A stretch of 30,171 nucleotides of DNA from Macrostomum lignano (lineage: Eukaryota): the NCBI GenBank assembly GCA_002269645.1, contig NIVC01004317.1, positions 1 to 30,171 on the forward strand. Direction: 5' to 3'. The position numbers and the translations under genes were made by a program. Under the pieces are notes generated by a model. That model was given only the letters and a program-made list of their open reading frames with translations, did no database searches and was not told where the DNA came from. Of this stretch, positions 1 through 10,272 are shown in pieces (the stretch's first letter is position 1; each line of letters starts with the position of its first letter).

Positions 1-1747
1 AAAAGCAGCCAACATATTTCGCTGTAAAAAAGAATTAATAGCAAGAAAAAAATTTGAGCACAAAGTCTCATTGACAACAGTTATGCATGGTTTAGTGAGA
101 CAGCGAAGCAGTGACACAGAGAGATGGTGGGGCAGTGAGATGCGAGACAAAAAGAAAGGAGGCACCCACTGTTCTATGGACAGAGTATGTCAATGAAATT
201 ATGAAAAATCGTTCACTTACGTTTTGAGTAAAGAGATAGTGGTGAAGCTCTCTCTTCTTCTCTGAAATTTGACGAGCGGTTCTTGCTGAAGTGACTGCAT
301 GCAGAGGGGCTGCAGAGGGGCTGCAGAGGGGCTGCAGAAGGGCTGCAGAGGGGCTGCAGAGGGGCTGCAGAGGGGCTGCAGAGGAGCTGCAGAGGGCTGC
401 AGAGGAGCTGCAGGGGCTGCAGAGGGGCTGCAGAGGGCTGCAGAGGGGCTGCAGAGGAGCGCAGAGGGGCTGCAGAGGAGCTGCAGAGGGGGCTGCAGAA
501 GGGCTGCAGAGGGGCTGCAGAGGGCTGCAGAGGGGCTGCAGAGGGCTGCAGAGGCGGGGCTGCAGAGGAGCTGCAGAGGGGCTGCAGAAGGGCTGCAGAG
601 GGCTGCAGAGGGCTGCAGAGGGGCTGCAGAGGGGCTGCAGAGGAGCTGCAGAGGAGCTGCAGAGGAAGCTGCAGAGGGGCTGCAGAAGGGCTGCAGAAGG
701 GGCTGCAGAGGGGCTGCAGAGGGGCTGCAGAGGAGCTGCAGAGGGGCTGCAGAGGAGCTGCAGAGGGCTGCAGAAGGGCTGCAGAGGGGCTGCAGAGGGG
801 CTGCAGAGGGGCTGCAGAGGGGCTGCAGAGGGGCTGCAGAGGAGCTGCCAGGAGGGGCTGCAGAAGGGCTGCAGAGGGGCTGCAGAGGGGCTGCAGAGGG
901 GCTGCAGAGGAGCTGCAGAGGGGCTGCAGAGGAGCTGCAGAGGGGCTGCAGAAGGGCTGCAGAGGGGCTGCAGAGGGGCTGCAGAGGGCTGCAGAGGGGC
1001 TGCAGAGGGGCTGCAGAGGAGCTGCAGAGGGGCTGCAGAAGGGCTGCAGAGGGGCTGCAGAGGGGCTGCAGAGGGGCTGCAGAGGGGCTGCAGAGGGGCT
1101 GCAGAGGGGCTGCAGAGGGGTGCAGAGGAAGCTGCAGAGGGCTGCAGAAGGGCTGCAGAGGGGCTGCAGAGGGCTGCAGAGGGGCCTGCAGAGGAGCTGC
1201 AGAGGGCTGCAGAGGAGCTGCAGAGGGGCTGCAGAAGGGGCTGCAGAGGGGCTGCAGAGGGGCTGCAGAGGGGCTGCAGAGGGCTGCAGAGGGGCTGCAG
1301 AGGGCTGCAGAGGGGCTGCAGAAGGGCTGCAGAGGGGCTGCAGAGGGGCTGCAGAGGGCTGCAGAGGGCTGCAGAGGGGCTGCAGAGGGCTGCAGAGGGG
1401 CTGCAGAGGGCTGCAGAGGGGCTGCAGAGGGCTGCAGAGGGGCTGCAGAGGGGCTGCAGAGGCTGCAGAGGGCTGCAGAGCAGGGCTGGAAAGACGGGAG
1501 ATGAGAGGTCGAATAAATGGGGCAATTAGGTTATAAGAACACAATGGGAATTTATCTTGGGTCAGGCGGCAGGCCGTGTGAGTTGGAGCAGGTGTGGGCA
1601 ATGCGGGGAGTTAACATGGAGTAAGCAGACAGGCGGTGGATTCGAGTTGAATCGAATTGACTTACTTTTCTTGGCAGATGAGCAGCCCAGCCCGCAGAGC
1701 AGTGTTGCAGCAAGACAGCTCAGAAGCAGCAGACGTCTGACAGACAT
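1..1747 (-). CDS. Partial WSC-domain gene (copy A); exon 1 1666-1747, middle exon ~221-294, first 21 nt of WSC exon at 1-21
   Basis: Reverse complement of the same exons, truncated by the window edge. The middle exon is 74 nt, probably a sequencing indel. Confidence 0.75.
297..1485 (-). repeat. 11-bp minisatellite (CCCCTCTGCAG)n, long and irregular (copy A)
   Basis: Reads as (GCTGCAGAGGG)n on the + strand, with GAGGAGCTGCA and GAAGGGCTGCA variants and many indels. Confidence 0.97.
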
Positions 1748-2196
1748 TTCCAATGCAGAAAAAGCAGCAGAATCCCTTTGTACTCAAAGCTTGAGATGTC
1801 GAATTCGACTTACAGTAAACTCTTCTGTTAAGTGGACCTTCGCTCCGAGGGTGAAAAAACGATTGCGAGCCTCTCAGCTGCTGAGCTGCAGCCACAGACA
1901 GTTCTGTACAAAGCGATTCCTGTCTCACTGGCAGCGTCTGAGGGCCGCGATTGTCTATGGCTAACACCAGCTATATGGGCATGCGGAGCCGTGCACTTTT
2001 ATTGGAGTGCAAGGGGAACCCGTTCTCAAATTTACCAGCTTTTTAATGAGCGTCGTCGTAGTGAGCGTGTTGTTAAACACTGCAGTCTAACAGTGGTTTA
2101 ATGGTAGATTGTGTAGTATGATTTTCCTTTACTAAAGGCTCTTTAAAGGGTCTGTTTTCTAAGGCAAGACCAGAGGATTTTCACGCTCGTCTTAAA

Positions 2197-3532
2197 ATGG
2201 CTTTGATCAATTGGAAACATCTTCCCTGCGAATCGTTAGATGGAGTTAGCGACAGTGAACTGAGCTTTATTACTGCGCTAAGTTATACTGATCACCATGG
2301 CGACACCGATCTGCAGAATATTATTGGCTTCCTCACGGATCTGCAGGCTAACTCGGAAGATGATGTTTCCGGAGTCAAATTGCCAGAATTACCTGAGTCT
2401 GTGGCTGCCGACATGGACCAAGGCGAGTTAGACTCGCTACCGCGCTCCACCCAAGAACAAATGATGCAACAGGGAAGTCGATTCATTGCCTTCATGCGCA
2501 AGCATACGACCAAAGAAGTACAAAGCATGACTAACGAGAAGCTAGGAGAGTATCTTCGTTTCTATTATTTTGGACTAAAGAAATCTGATGGAAGTCTGTA
2601 TTCGCCTGCTACCCTTGTATGCATTCGAGCTAGTGTGCAGCGTTACCAAAGAAAGATACTCAAAGATGCAGACAGACATTATGAATGGGCCAGAGTTTGA
2701 AGCGGCGAACAGAATGCTTCGAGTGAAAGTTCGTCATTTCAGCGTTGAGGGTGCAGGAGTTGTTCAACAGTTTCAGCCTATTGAGGACGGAGACCTTCGA
2801 AAAATCAGGCAGCATTTTGACAGATCGACCGCAGAAGAACTTCAAGATGAGGTAGTTTTTGTCATTTTCTATACTCTAGGAGAGAGGCCAGGAGCATTTG
2901 GAGTCGATTCGAAAACGTGGGGCACGGATGGGCACAGCTACCTGAAGCTTCCGCCTTTGCCAACTAAAAACCAGTCTTCGGATCCGACCAAGTGCAAGGG
3001 CAACGTTGCAAAGCAGAGTCGCATCTATGGAGCTGAGAGAGATCTTATTCTTCACTACCAGTTATTGTTGCCAGAAGGAGACAATTTCTTTCCACGACCA
3101 CTCGCTAATGCTTCTAATGGAGTCTTGAGGTTTTCTAGTCGCCAAGTGCGTGGCGTCAACTGGTTGTGCTCATTCATGGGACATCTCAGTGAAGTGTGTT
3201 CGCTTTCGCAGCGATACACGAACCATTGCATTCGCGTCACGCGCATCTCGGACCTATTTGTCAGCGGTCACAGCATGGACGAGATAATGGCCGTTACCGG
3301 ACAACGTAGTGAAGCTACGGATGTGAAAAGTCTGTCAGCTGCAAGTGACAGCACGCTGGATAGTTCGTTGACTACACCATTCAACAATTTAGCAGGTACT
3401 TCGTTTATTACTTCACCAGCCGGTAGCACAGTGGCCGTTTCAGTAGCGCAACAACAATTGGATGTGAGTACAGCAGTGCGTAAGCCGATGTTTGCCAACT
3501 GTAGCTTTTCTAATTGTACTTTTAATTTATAA
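2197..3532 (+). pseudogene. Crypton/DUF3504-type tyrosine recombinase relic, frameshifted (copy A)
   Basis: Two overlapping ORFs (2197-2700, 2588-3532) join by a +1 shift near VQRY (~2645-2655). Motifs LKKSDGSLYSPATLVCIRASVQRY, DIMNGPEFEAAN, PIEDGDLRKI, YTNHCIRVT (HxxR), IMAVTGQRS and C-terminal FANCSFSNCTFNL resemble CryptonA/KCTD1-ZMYM-type DUF3504 proteins. The second His is Gln and no catalytic Tyr is found at the expected position. Confidence 0.8.
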
Positions 3533-4028
3533 TAAGTTAGGCTTCGACATCAGATTAATAGACACTTCGTATTTGGACAGTGACAAAGTTTGCTTTTGAG
3601 ACCCTTTTTTCTTTTGCATGATTTGTTTGTCAATGCTTAATCCCGATCCGAATCTTCTAATTTCTTAAAATCTTAATCTTCTAATAATGTTAGAAATCCC
3701 AATCTTCCAATGCTAGGAATCCAAATCTCCTACTACTAGGAATCCCACTCTCCAAATTCTAGTAGTCACAATCTCCCAATCACTTTAATCACACCCTCCT
3801 TTAATCAAATTTATTTCAAAATACAAAATTTACGCATAGTTTGCTTTATTATATCATTGTTTGTTGTACCTGTACGCATATTTCATATCTATTTATGCCA
3901 TTCTCAATTGCCTAGTGTATCTATCGTCATTTTTGTTAAATAAACTGTTAACTGATTATTCAGCAAGTTTTGTCTATGGTTGAAATTCGCTTTGGAAGTC
4001 TGAAATAATGGCGTTTTTTGGACAATCA

Positions 4029-5496
4029 TTAAGACTCGGGTGGGCCATAGAACAATGGAGTCTTGGGGGTGTTGAGGACGTCCTTTGGGACATCGACGGC
4101 GGGCATGTAGATCGGAGCCGCCATGCGAGGGCGGTGATTGGCCAGCGCCGGCCATCCGGAGTCTGGAGGTCGAAGCTTACAAGATCCGCGGTGACAGGGC
4201 GCCTGGACTCTGCATGAAGGTAGAGGCTGCAATCGTAAGCTTCCTGGCGGCCTTGAGACCAAGCTTGCGAGCGAGAGTAGAGAGTAGGCGTGAGAGTCCT
4301 TTGGGTTGACGGCCATTGGGGCGGAGGGTCGCCATGATGGTCGGAACGAGGCCTCCGTTCGCTAAGGCAGAGACGAGAGAGTGGACTGTTCCATTGGAGT
4401 TTGCATTTCCAACGGCAGCGTTAAGGTGGGCGTTTGAACGAGGAATCGACGAACGTTGATTGGAACTCGCAAAGGTGGCTTCTGGAGATTAGTGTGGTGC
4501 AGCCCATCGCACTCGTGGCATCGTCGGGTGTCACGGCAGTCTCGAGTGTGGTGTCGGCGGAGGCAGTTGCGGCAGAGATTTTTCTTTCGGACAATCTTGA
4601 GGCGATCATGGGGCTTCCGCACCTCGCTGCAGGACATGGCGATGTGGTCGGAGCTGCTGGCGGTCGGTGGGCGCTTGTGCTGCGAGTGGATGGTGGCCGG
4701 GACGCAGCGTTGCTCGGAAGACTGGCGGAGGCAAATGCGCAGCTGGCACTGTGCTGAGGCGGCTCTGAGGGTCTTAAGCTTGCAGTCAAGATGGTCCTGG
4801 AGCTCTGCCATGATGGGCATGAGAGGCTACCTGTTAGAAGCGCGAAGATTGCGGATCTCGCTTTGTAATTCAAGCGGCAGGCGGCTCCAGAGCGCGTAGA
4901 CGTCGCTGTCGAGGGTGCAGGCAAGCTCGCCGAGTCGAAGAAGCTGGCCAGTGGCCAGGCGGAGGGCATCCGTGAATTCCTCGAGCTCACCAAAGTTGGA
5001 AGCAGAACTGCAGTGAAGGGCGAGGAGACGCTGGAAGGAGGCGTTCTTTTGCTCCTACGTGTTGGAGTAGTTGGCCTGGAGGACACGGCAGGCCTCAGCG
5101 TAGTCGTTCGGCTGGTAGCCGTCGAAAGCACCGAGCTTCTTGAGAGCGGAGCCGGAGAGCAGACAGCGGAGTGCCTCGTATTTGTCGACGTCGTTAAGGC
5201 TGGAGCGGTCGACGCGGTATACGAAAGCGTCCCAGAAGCCCAGAATTGCAGCAGGGTCGGGCAATGCGTTCTTGAGAATGGTGGAGCGGATGAGCCCGGC
5301 CGGATCGTGAGCATCTGATGCGGGCGTTGAGGCAACTGGTGTCGAGGCAGGACGGATGGTGGTAGCGAGCTTTTGCATGGGCTGCTGGTTCTGCTGCATC
5401 ATCGCGGTCATGGAGGCGAGGAGGGCTGGTCACGCCGGGTGTAGCAGGAGAGGCGGCAGAGATCGGTGCAGCGGCCTGAGCAGCAGGAAGAGCCAT
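4029..5496 (-). mobile_element. Degenerate BEL/Pao gag/protease remnant (copy A)
   Basis: Reverse complement of copy B, with one visible substitution (MQKL vs MQQL). Confidence 0.8.
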
Positions 5497-6378
5497 TGCT
5501 CCGGCTGAAGGAGTGGTGACGGGCCACTGAGGTGGAAAGGCGATTGCTGGTTTCCCTCAATTGGCCACGCTGATTGCTGTTCCCACTGACGGCGTGGAAG
5601 GCTTCTGTGGCGGACTGTGCAGAGTCATCTTCAAGCAGACCTCCTCGAGGAAAAGTGCGGCTGCGAGGACCATCCTAGGGGATCAGACCCTGGCGATGCA
5701 TCTGGTCACACAGGGAGCCGCGGCCTTCGATTGGTATCATAGCAGAGATGGCTGCGGAATTCGATGTTAGCACATCGAGTCTTCCTGGGCTCGCAGTAGG
5801 TGCTGAAAGAGGGCCTTGGAGACGGTGCCAGCAGGCATAAAGGCGGAGTCTAGACAGGGACGGCGGAGATGACGCAGCAGGCAGTGCATCGGAAGAGTTC
5901 GGAGCTGTGCATCTGGCGAGAGACATTTGCGCAGATAATATAGAGTCGTCGATGAAGATAGTTTTCGTAGTGGTAGTCACTCTCTGCTGTGAAGATCGTT
6001 GTGGTGAATCTTTTAAGACGGGCTGGTTGGCAGGTTCTTAACCACGCTCTACTCCCAAATTGGCCAAGTGCTGATAGGACGACAAGTAACGAAGAATGAG
6101 CTAACTCTTGGCAGAGGCTATATTTAGCAACAGGCGGGCAGTGAAAGACCAGGCTTAAATTTAAAGGTAACAAAACTGGACCTCTTCGTGTGGCACGCGC
6201 ACGGAGAGGCCTAAAATATCGATCGTGAAACTATTATACTGTACGGACCGCTCTAAATACGCGCACAACAAGCACAAGGTAAAACGACCCAATTGGGGCC
6301 ACACCAAACGCAAAAATACACGGAGAAGAAAGGAAATAATACGAATTTTGTCAGTTTATAGGCGTAAATCTGACATGT

Positions 6379-6523
6379 GGACACACCCTATAGACACTCA
6401 CCCTATGGACACTCACCCTACGGACACTCAAATTATGGACACTCTACGGACGCTCAAATTATGGACACTCACCCTACGGACACTCACCATATGGACACTC
6501 ATCCTATGGACACTCACCTATAG
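6379..6523 (+). repeat. Degenerate ~15-bp repeat (GGACACTCACCCTAY)n, ~9-10 units (copy A)
   Basis: Read directly from the sequence. Confidence 0.85.
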
Positions 6524-7231
6524 TGTTCCATCCTATGTATTCATTTAATAATATATTGTACAAGTATTTACCTACTCAGTTTATCAAATTGTCGGCAGAA
6601 AGAAAATCAAAAAAATGATATTAAAATATAAAAACTCATAAAGGTTTCCAGCTATGAGCTATTCGCGTACTAAAGACTTGTTTATTTGACTTCCAAAAAG
6701 TTGAACTTTTTAGAAATTTTTAATAGCTACTACTGAAGAAACAGCTTTTTAAGAGCCTGGCTAAAATATGTACTTAGGAAAATAACTTGATCCAAAAATC
6801 CATATTTTTGGCGTTATAACTGCTATAACTCGCGACCAGCTATACCGGGTAGCTTCAGTTAGCGAGAAGAGGCGTCGCCATGGATTTTATGGTAGAGGGA
6901 CAAAGCCAAGAATTCAACATGTACATGCACATTATGTTCAGCATCGGTGTTGTCACCGCTCACTTGGCGCCGCAGACTCATTTAGTGCCACAGATACTTA
7001 TTTTGGCGCCACAGCCACTCATTTCAGCGCAGCAGGCACTCATTTTGTTGTGCAGTCGCGCATTTTGGTGTCAATGGCACTTAGTTTAGCACCACAGACA
7101 CTCATATTGGCGCTACGGACACTCATTTTGGCGCCACAGACATTCATTTTAGCGCCGAAGACTCTCGTTTTAATGCCAGAGACACTCATTTTGGTGCCGA
7201 GGGCACTTATTTTGGTGCCGCAGACACTCAC

Positions 7232-7545
7232 TTTAGCGCCAGACACTCACTTTAGCGCCACAGACACTCAATTTAGCGCCACAGACACTCACTTTAGCGC
7301 CACAGACACTCACTTTAGCGCCACAGACACTCACTTTAGCGCCACAGACACTCACTTTAGCGCCACAGACACTCACTTTAGCGCCACAGACACTCAATTT
7401 AGCGCCACAGACACTCACTTTAGCGCCACAGACACTCACTTTAGCGCCACAGACACTCACTTTAGCGCCACAGACACTCACTTTAGCGCCACAGACACTC
7501 ACTTTAGCGCCACAGACACTCACTTTAGCGCCACAGACACTCATT
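7232..7545 (+). repeat. 21-bp minisatellite (TTTAGCGCCACAGACACTCAC)n, 14 core units plus degenerate flank from ~7000 (copy A)
   Basis: Read directly from the sequence. It produces the spurious SATDTHF/GAKVSVC ORFs. Confidence 0.95.
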
Positions 7546-8147
7546 TTCGCGCTTGCCGCGGACACTCATTTTGGTACCGCAGACACTCGTTCAATATTTT
7601 ATAATCCATGATAAAGCATTTATTAAACAATGAGAAACCTCGTGCTTGCAAGACGTCACAGAATGCTCACTGCTTGCACAGTGATTGGCAGGTGCTCTTA
7701 GCTACTGTATATTTGAATTGTCAAACAGCACTTACAACTTAAATGTGATCAGTTTCCCTATCTTAAATCTGCAGATAAGACTAATTGCTAAATATAGTTA
7801 CATACCTGTGATGAGAATTTGCAATCCTGCTACAGAAGAAGCACATTGATTTAATGCTTACAGAAGCCTAACTGTATAATACAGCTGTTTATGAAGAGCA
7901 AAGGAGATTAGACCAGGGTCTAAAAACAAAAAGGTATCCTGACAGTGTCGCATGTCCCTCAGCAGAAAAGCTACGAGCCCGGTGCTTAAACATGCAGTGA
8001 TTCCTCATTGGCATTTTTATAGGCGCTTGCAGTTGTCCAATCACGGGAGCATGACCTGTTGTGAAAAAGATAAACAGTGAATGAGTGAGCTGACCTTGCA
8101 ACACTTTCACTGCAGGTTCCACCTGACTTGATGCAGACTTTCTAAAG

Positions 8148-8671
8148 AGACACTCCGACACTGAGACACTGAGACACTGAGACACTGAGACACTCAGACA
8201 CTGAGACAGTGAGACAGTGAGACACTGAGACACTGAGATACTGAGACACTGAGACACTGAGACACTGAGACACTCAGACACTGAGACACTGAGACACTGA
8301 GACACTGAGACACTGAGACACTGAGACACTGAGACACTCAGACACTCAGACACTCAGACACTGAGACACTGAGACACTCAGACACTCAGACACTGAGACA
8401 CTGAGACACTGAGACACTGAGACACTGAGACACTGAGACACTGAGACACTGAGACACTGAGACACTGAGACACTGAGACACTCAGACACTCAGACACTGA
8501 GACACTGAGACACTGAGACACTCAGACACTCAGACACTGAGACACTGAGACACTGAGACACTGAGACACTGAGACACTGAGACACTGAGACACTGAGACA
8601 CTGAGACACTGAGACACTGAGACACTGAGACACTGAGACACTGAGACACTGAGACACTGAGACACTGAGAC
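8148..8671 (-). repeat. 8-bp minisatellite (TGTCTCAG)n, truncated at the inversion junction (copy A)
   Basis: Reads as (GACACTGA)n on the + strand. About 520 bp versus about 2 kb in B and C. Confidence 0.97.
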
Positions 8672-8689
8672 TTTTGAGTAAACCTCAAA
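8672..8689. other. Inversion junction with 18-nt filler TTTTGAGTAAACCTCAAA
   Basis: Joins the truncated 8-mer array of copy A to the start of copy B. The filler is not found at the equivalent site in C or D and contains the hairpin TTTGAG-TAAAC-CTCAAA. Confidence 0.9.
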
Positions 8690-8691
8690 CC

Positions 8692-8717
8692 CCTTGCACT
8701 CCAATAAAAGTGCACGG
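8692..8717. promoter_or_regulatory. Imperfect inverted repeat CCTTGCACT-CCAATAAA-AGTGCACGG (also 1989-2014, 18274-18299, 28051-28076); CCAAT-box or recombinase-site candidate
   Basis: 9-bp arms with 1 mismatch around an 8-bp asymmetric spacer. It lies in the ~450 bp between the divergent recombinase and WSC starts. Function unknown. Confidence 0.35.
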
Positions 8718-8958
8718 CTCCGCATGCCCATATAGCTGGTGTTAGCCATAGACAATCGCGGCCCTCAGACGCTGCCAGTGAGACAGGAATCGCTTTGTAC
8801 AGAACTGTCTGTGGCTGCAGCTCAGCAGCTGAGAGGCTCGCAATCGTTTTTTCACCCTCGGAGCGAAGGTCCACTTAACAGAAGAGTTTACTGTAAGTCG
8901 AATTCGACATCTCAAGCTTTGAGTACAAAGGGATTCTGCTGCTTTTTCTGCATTGGAA

Positions 8959-10207
8959 ATGTCTGTCAGACGTCTGCTGCTTCTGAGCTGTCTTGCTGCA
9001 ACACTGCTCTGCGGGCTGGGCTGCTCATCTGCCAAGAAAAGTAAGTCAATTCGATTCAACTCGAATCCACCGCCTGTCTGCTTACTCCATGTTAACTCCC
9101 CGCATTGCCCACACCTGCTCCAACTCACACGGCCTGCCGCCTGACCCAAGATAAATTCCCATTGTGTTCTTATAACCTAATTGCCCCATTTATTCGACCT
9201 CTCATCTCCCCGTCTTTCCAGCCCCTCTGCAGCCCCTCTGCAGCTCCTCTGCAGCCCCTCTGCAGCCCCTCTGCAGCCCCTCTGCAGCCCCTCTGCAGCC
9301 CCTCTGCAGCCCCTTCTGCAGCCCCTCTGCAGCCCCTCTGCAGCCCCTCTGCAGCCCCTCTGCAGCCCCTCTGCAGCCCCTCTGCAGCCCCTCTGCAGCC
9401 CCTCTGCAGCCCCTCTGCAGCCCCTCTGCAGCCCTCTGCAGCCCCTCTGCAGCCCCTCTGCAGCCCCTCTGCAGCCCCTCTGCAGCCCCTCTGCAGCCCC
9501 TCTGCAGCCCCTCTGCAGCCCCTCTGCAGCCCCTCTGCAGCCCCTCTGCAGCCCCTCTGCAGCCCCTCTGCAGCCCCTCTGCAGCCCCTCTGCAGCCCCT
9601 CTGCAGCCCCTCTGCAGCCCCTCTGCATGCAGTCACTTCAGCAAGAACCGCTCGTCAAATTTCAGAGAAAGAAGAGAGAGCTTCACCACTATCTCTTTAC
9701 TCCAAACGTAAGTGAACGATTTTTCATAATTTTCATTGACTACTCTGTCCATAGCAACAGTGGGGTGCCTCCTTTCTTTTTGTCTCGCATCTCACTGCCC
9801 CACCATCTCTCTGTGTCACTGCTTCGCTGTCTCACTAAACCATGCATAACTGTTGTCAATGAGACTTTGTGCTCAAATTTTTTTCTTGCTATTAATTCTT
9901 TTTTACAGCGAAATATGTTGGCTGCTTTTACGGGCACGGCAAGTTCCTAAGAGAGGGCCAAAAGTCTAAGGACATGACGGTCGAGCACTGCGCTTATCTG
10001 TGCACAGCATATGTAAGGGACAAAACTGCATTCGGCTTAAGTAAAGGAGAATACTGTTACTGTAGAGACACTAAACTGCTTAACCGAGGGACAAAAATGG
10101 ATGATCACTATTGCAATCGCCGTTGTGGAGGAAGCTACACACAGACCTGTGGAGCCGACAACGACTCATTCGCCTCTGTGTACACCTATCACCGATTGCA
10201 GGACTGA
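8959..10207 (+). CDS. Spliced gene for small secreted WSC-domain protein (copy B); exons 8959-9040 and 9909-10207, optional middle exon 9633-9707
   Basis: Exon 1 encodes a signal-peptide-like MSVRRLLLLSCLAATLLCGLGCSSAKK and ends at a phase-1 A|GTAAGT donor. The acceptor TTTTTTACAG|CG is phase 1 and opens KYVGCFYGHGK...MTVEHCAYLC...FGLSKGEYCYC...CNRRCGGSYTQTCG...ASVY, a typical WSC Cys pattern. Direct splicing gives 126 aa. The 75-nt middle exon is phase 1-1. The splice model is inferred, with no transcript data. Confidence 0.85.
9222..9627 (+). repeat. 11-bp minisatellite (CCCCTCTGCAG)n, ~36 units (copy B)
   Basis: Read directly from the sequence. Includes one 10-nt and one 12-nt variant unit. 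Confidence 0.97.
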
Positions 10208-10272
10208 GTTTCCGCAAGCCAAGTGAGTGGCCTTTTTATACTTGTAGACCCATTAGTCTCGGTCTCAGCACT

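Larger units (their letters stand above)
1..8671 (-). repeat. Inverted partial copy (A) of the ~9.7 kb repeat unit
   Basis: ORF translations mirror copies B/C on the opposite strand. Paired coordinates sum to ~20288 (2197/18091, 3532/16756, 4362/15926, 1753/18535). Confidence 0.97.

Noticed and set aside
299-1504. 400-470 aa ORFs such as (RGCRGAAEGLQ)n antisense to the WSC gene, also at 28536-29948
   Set aside because: These follow automatically from a stop-free 11-mer. They are open in all frames, have no unique domain, and their lengths vary between copies.
7050-7604. SATDTHF / GAKVSVC repeat ORFs, and the 21-mer as a possible CRISPR array
   Set aside because: The units are directly abutting with no unique spacers, there are no cas genes, and the context is eukaryotic. 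No splice or domain support exists for coding.
8672-8689. Missed SMRTbell adapter fold-back artefact
   Set aside because: No adapter sequence is present, the arms start at different unit positions, and they differ in array alleles. An MDA-type chimera is still not excluded.
9633-9707. Alternative frame SLQQEPLVKFQRKKRELHHYLFTPN with a furin-like RKKR site
   Set aside because: It needs phase-0 junctions, but the exon 1 donor and the WSC acceptor are both phase 1.
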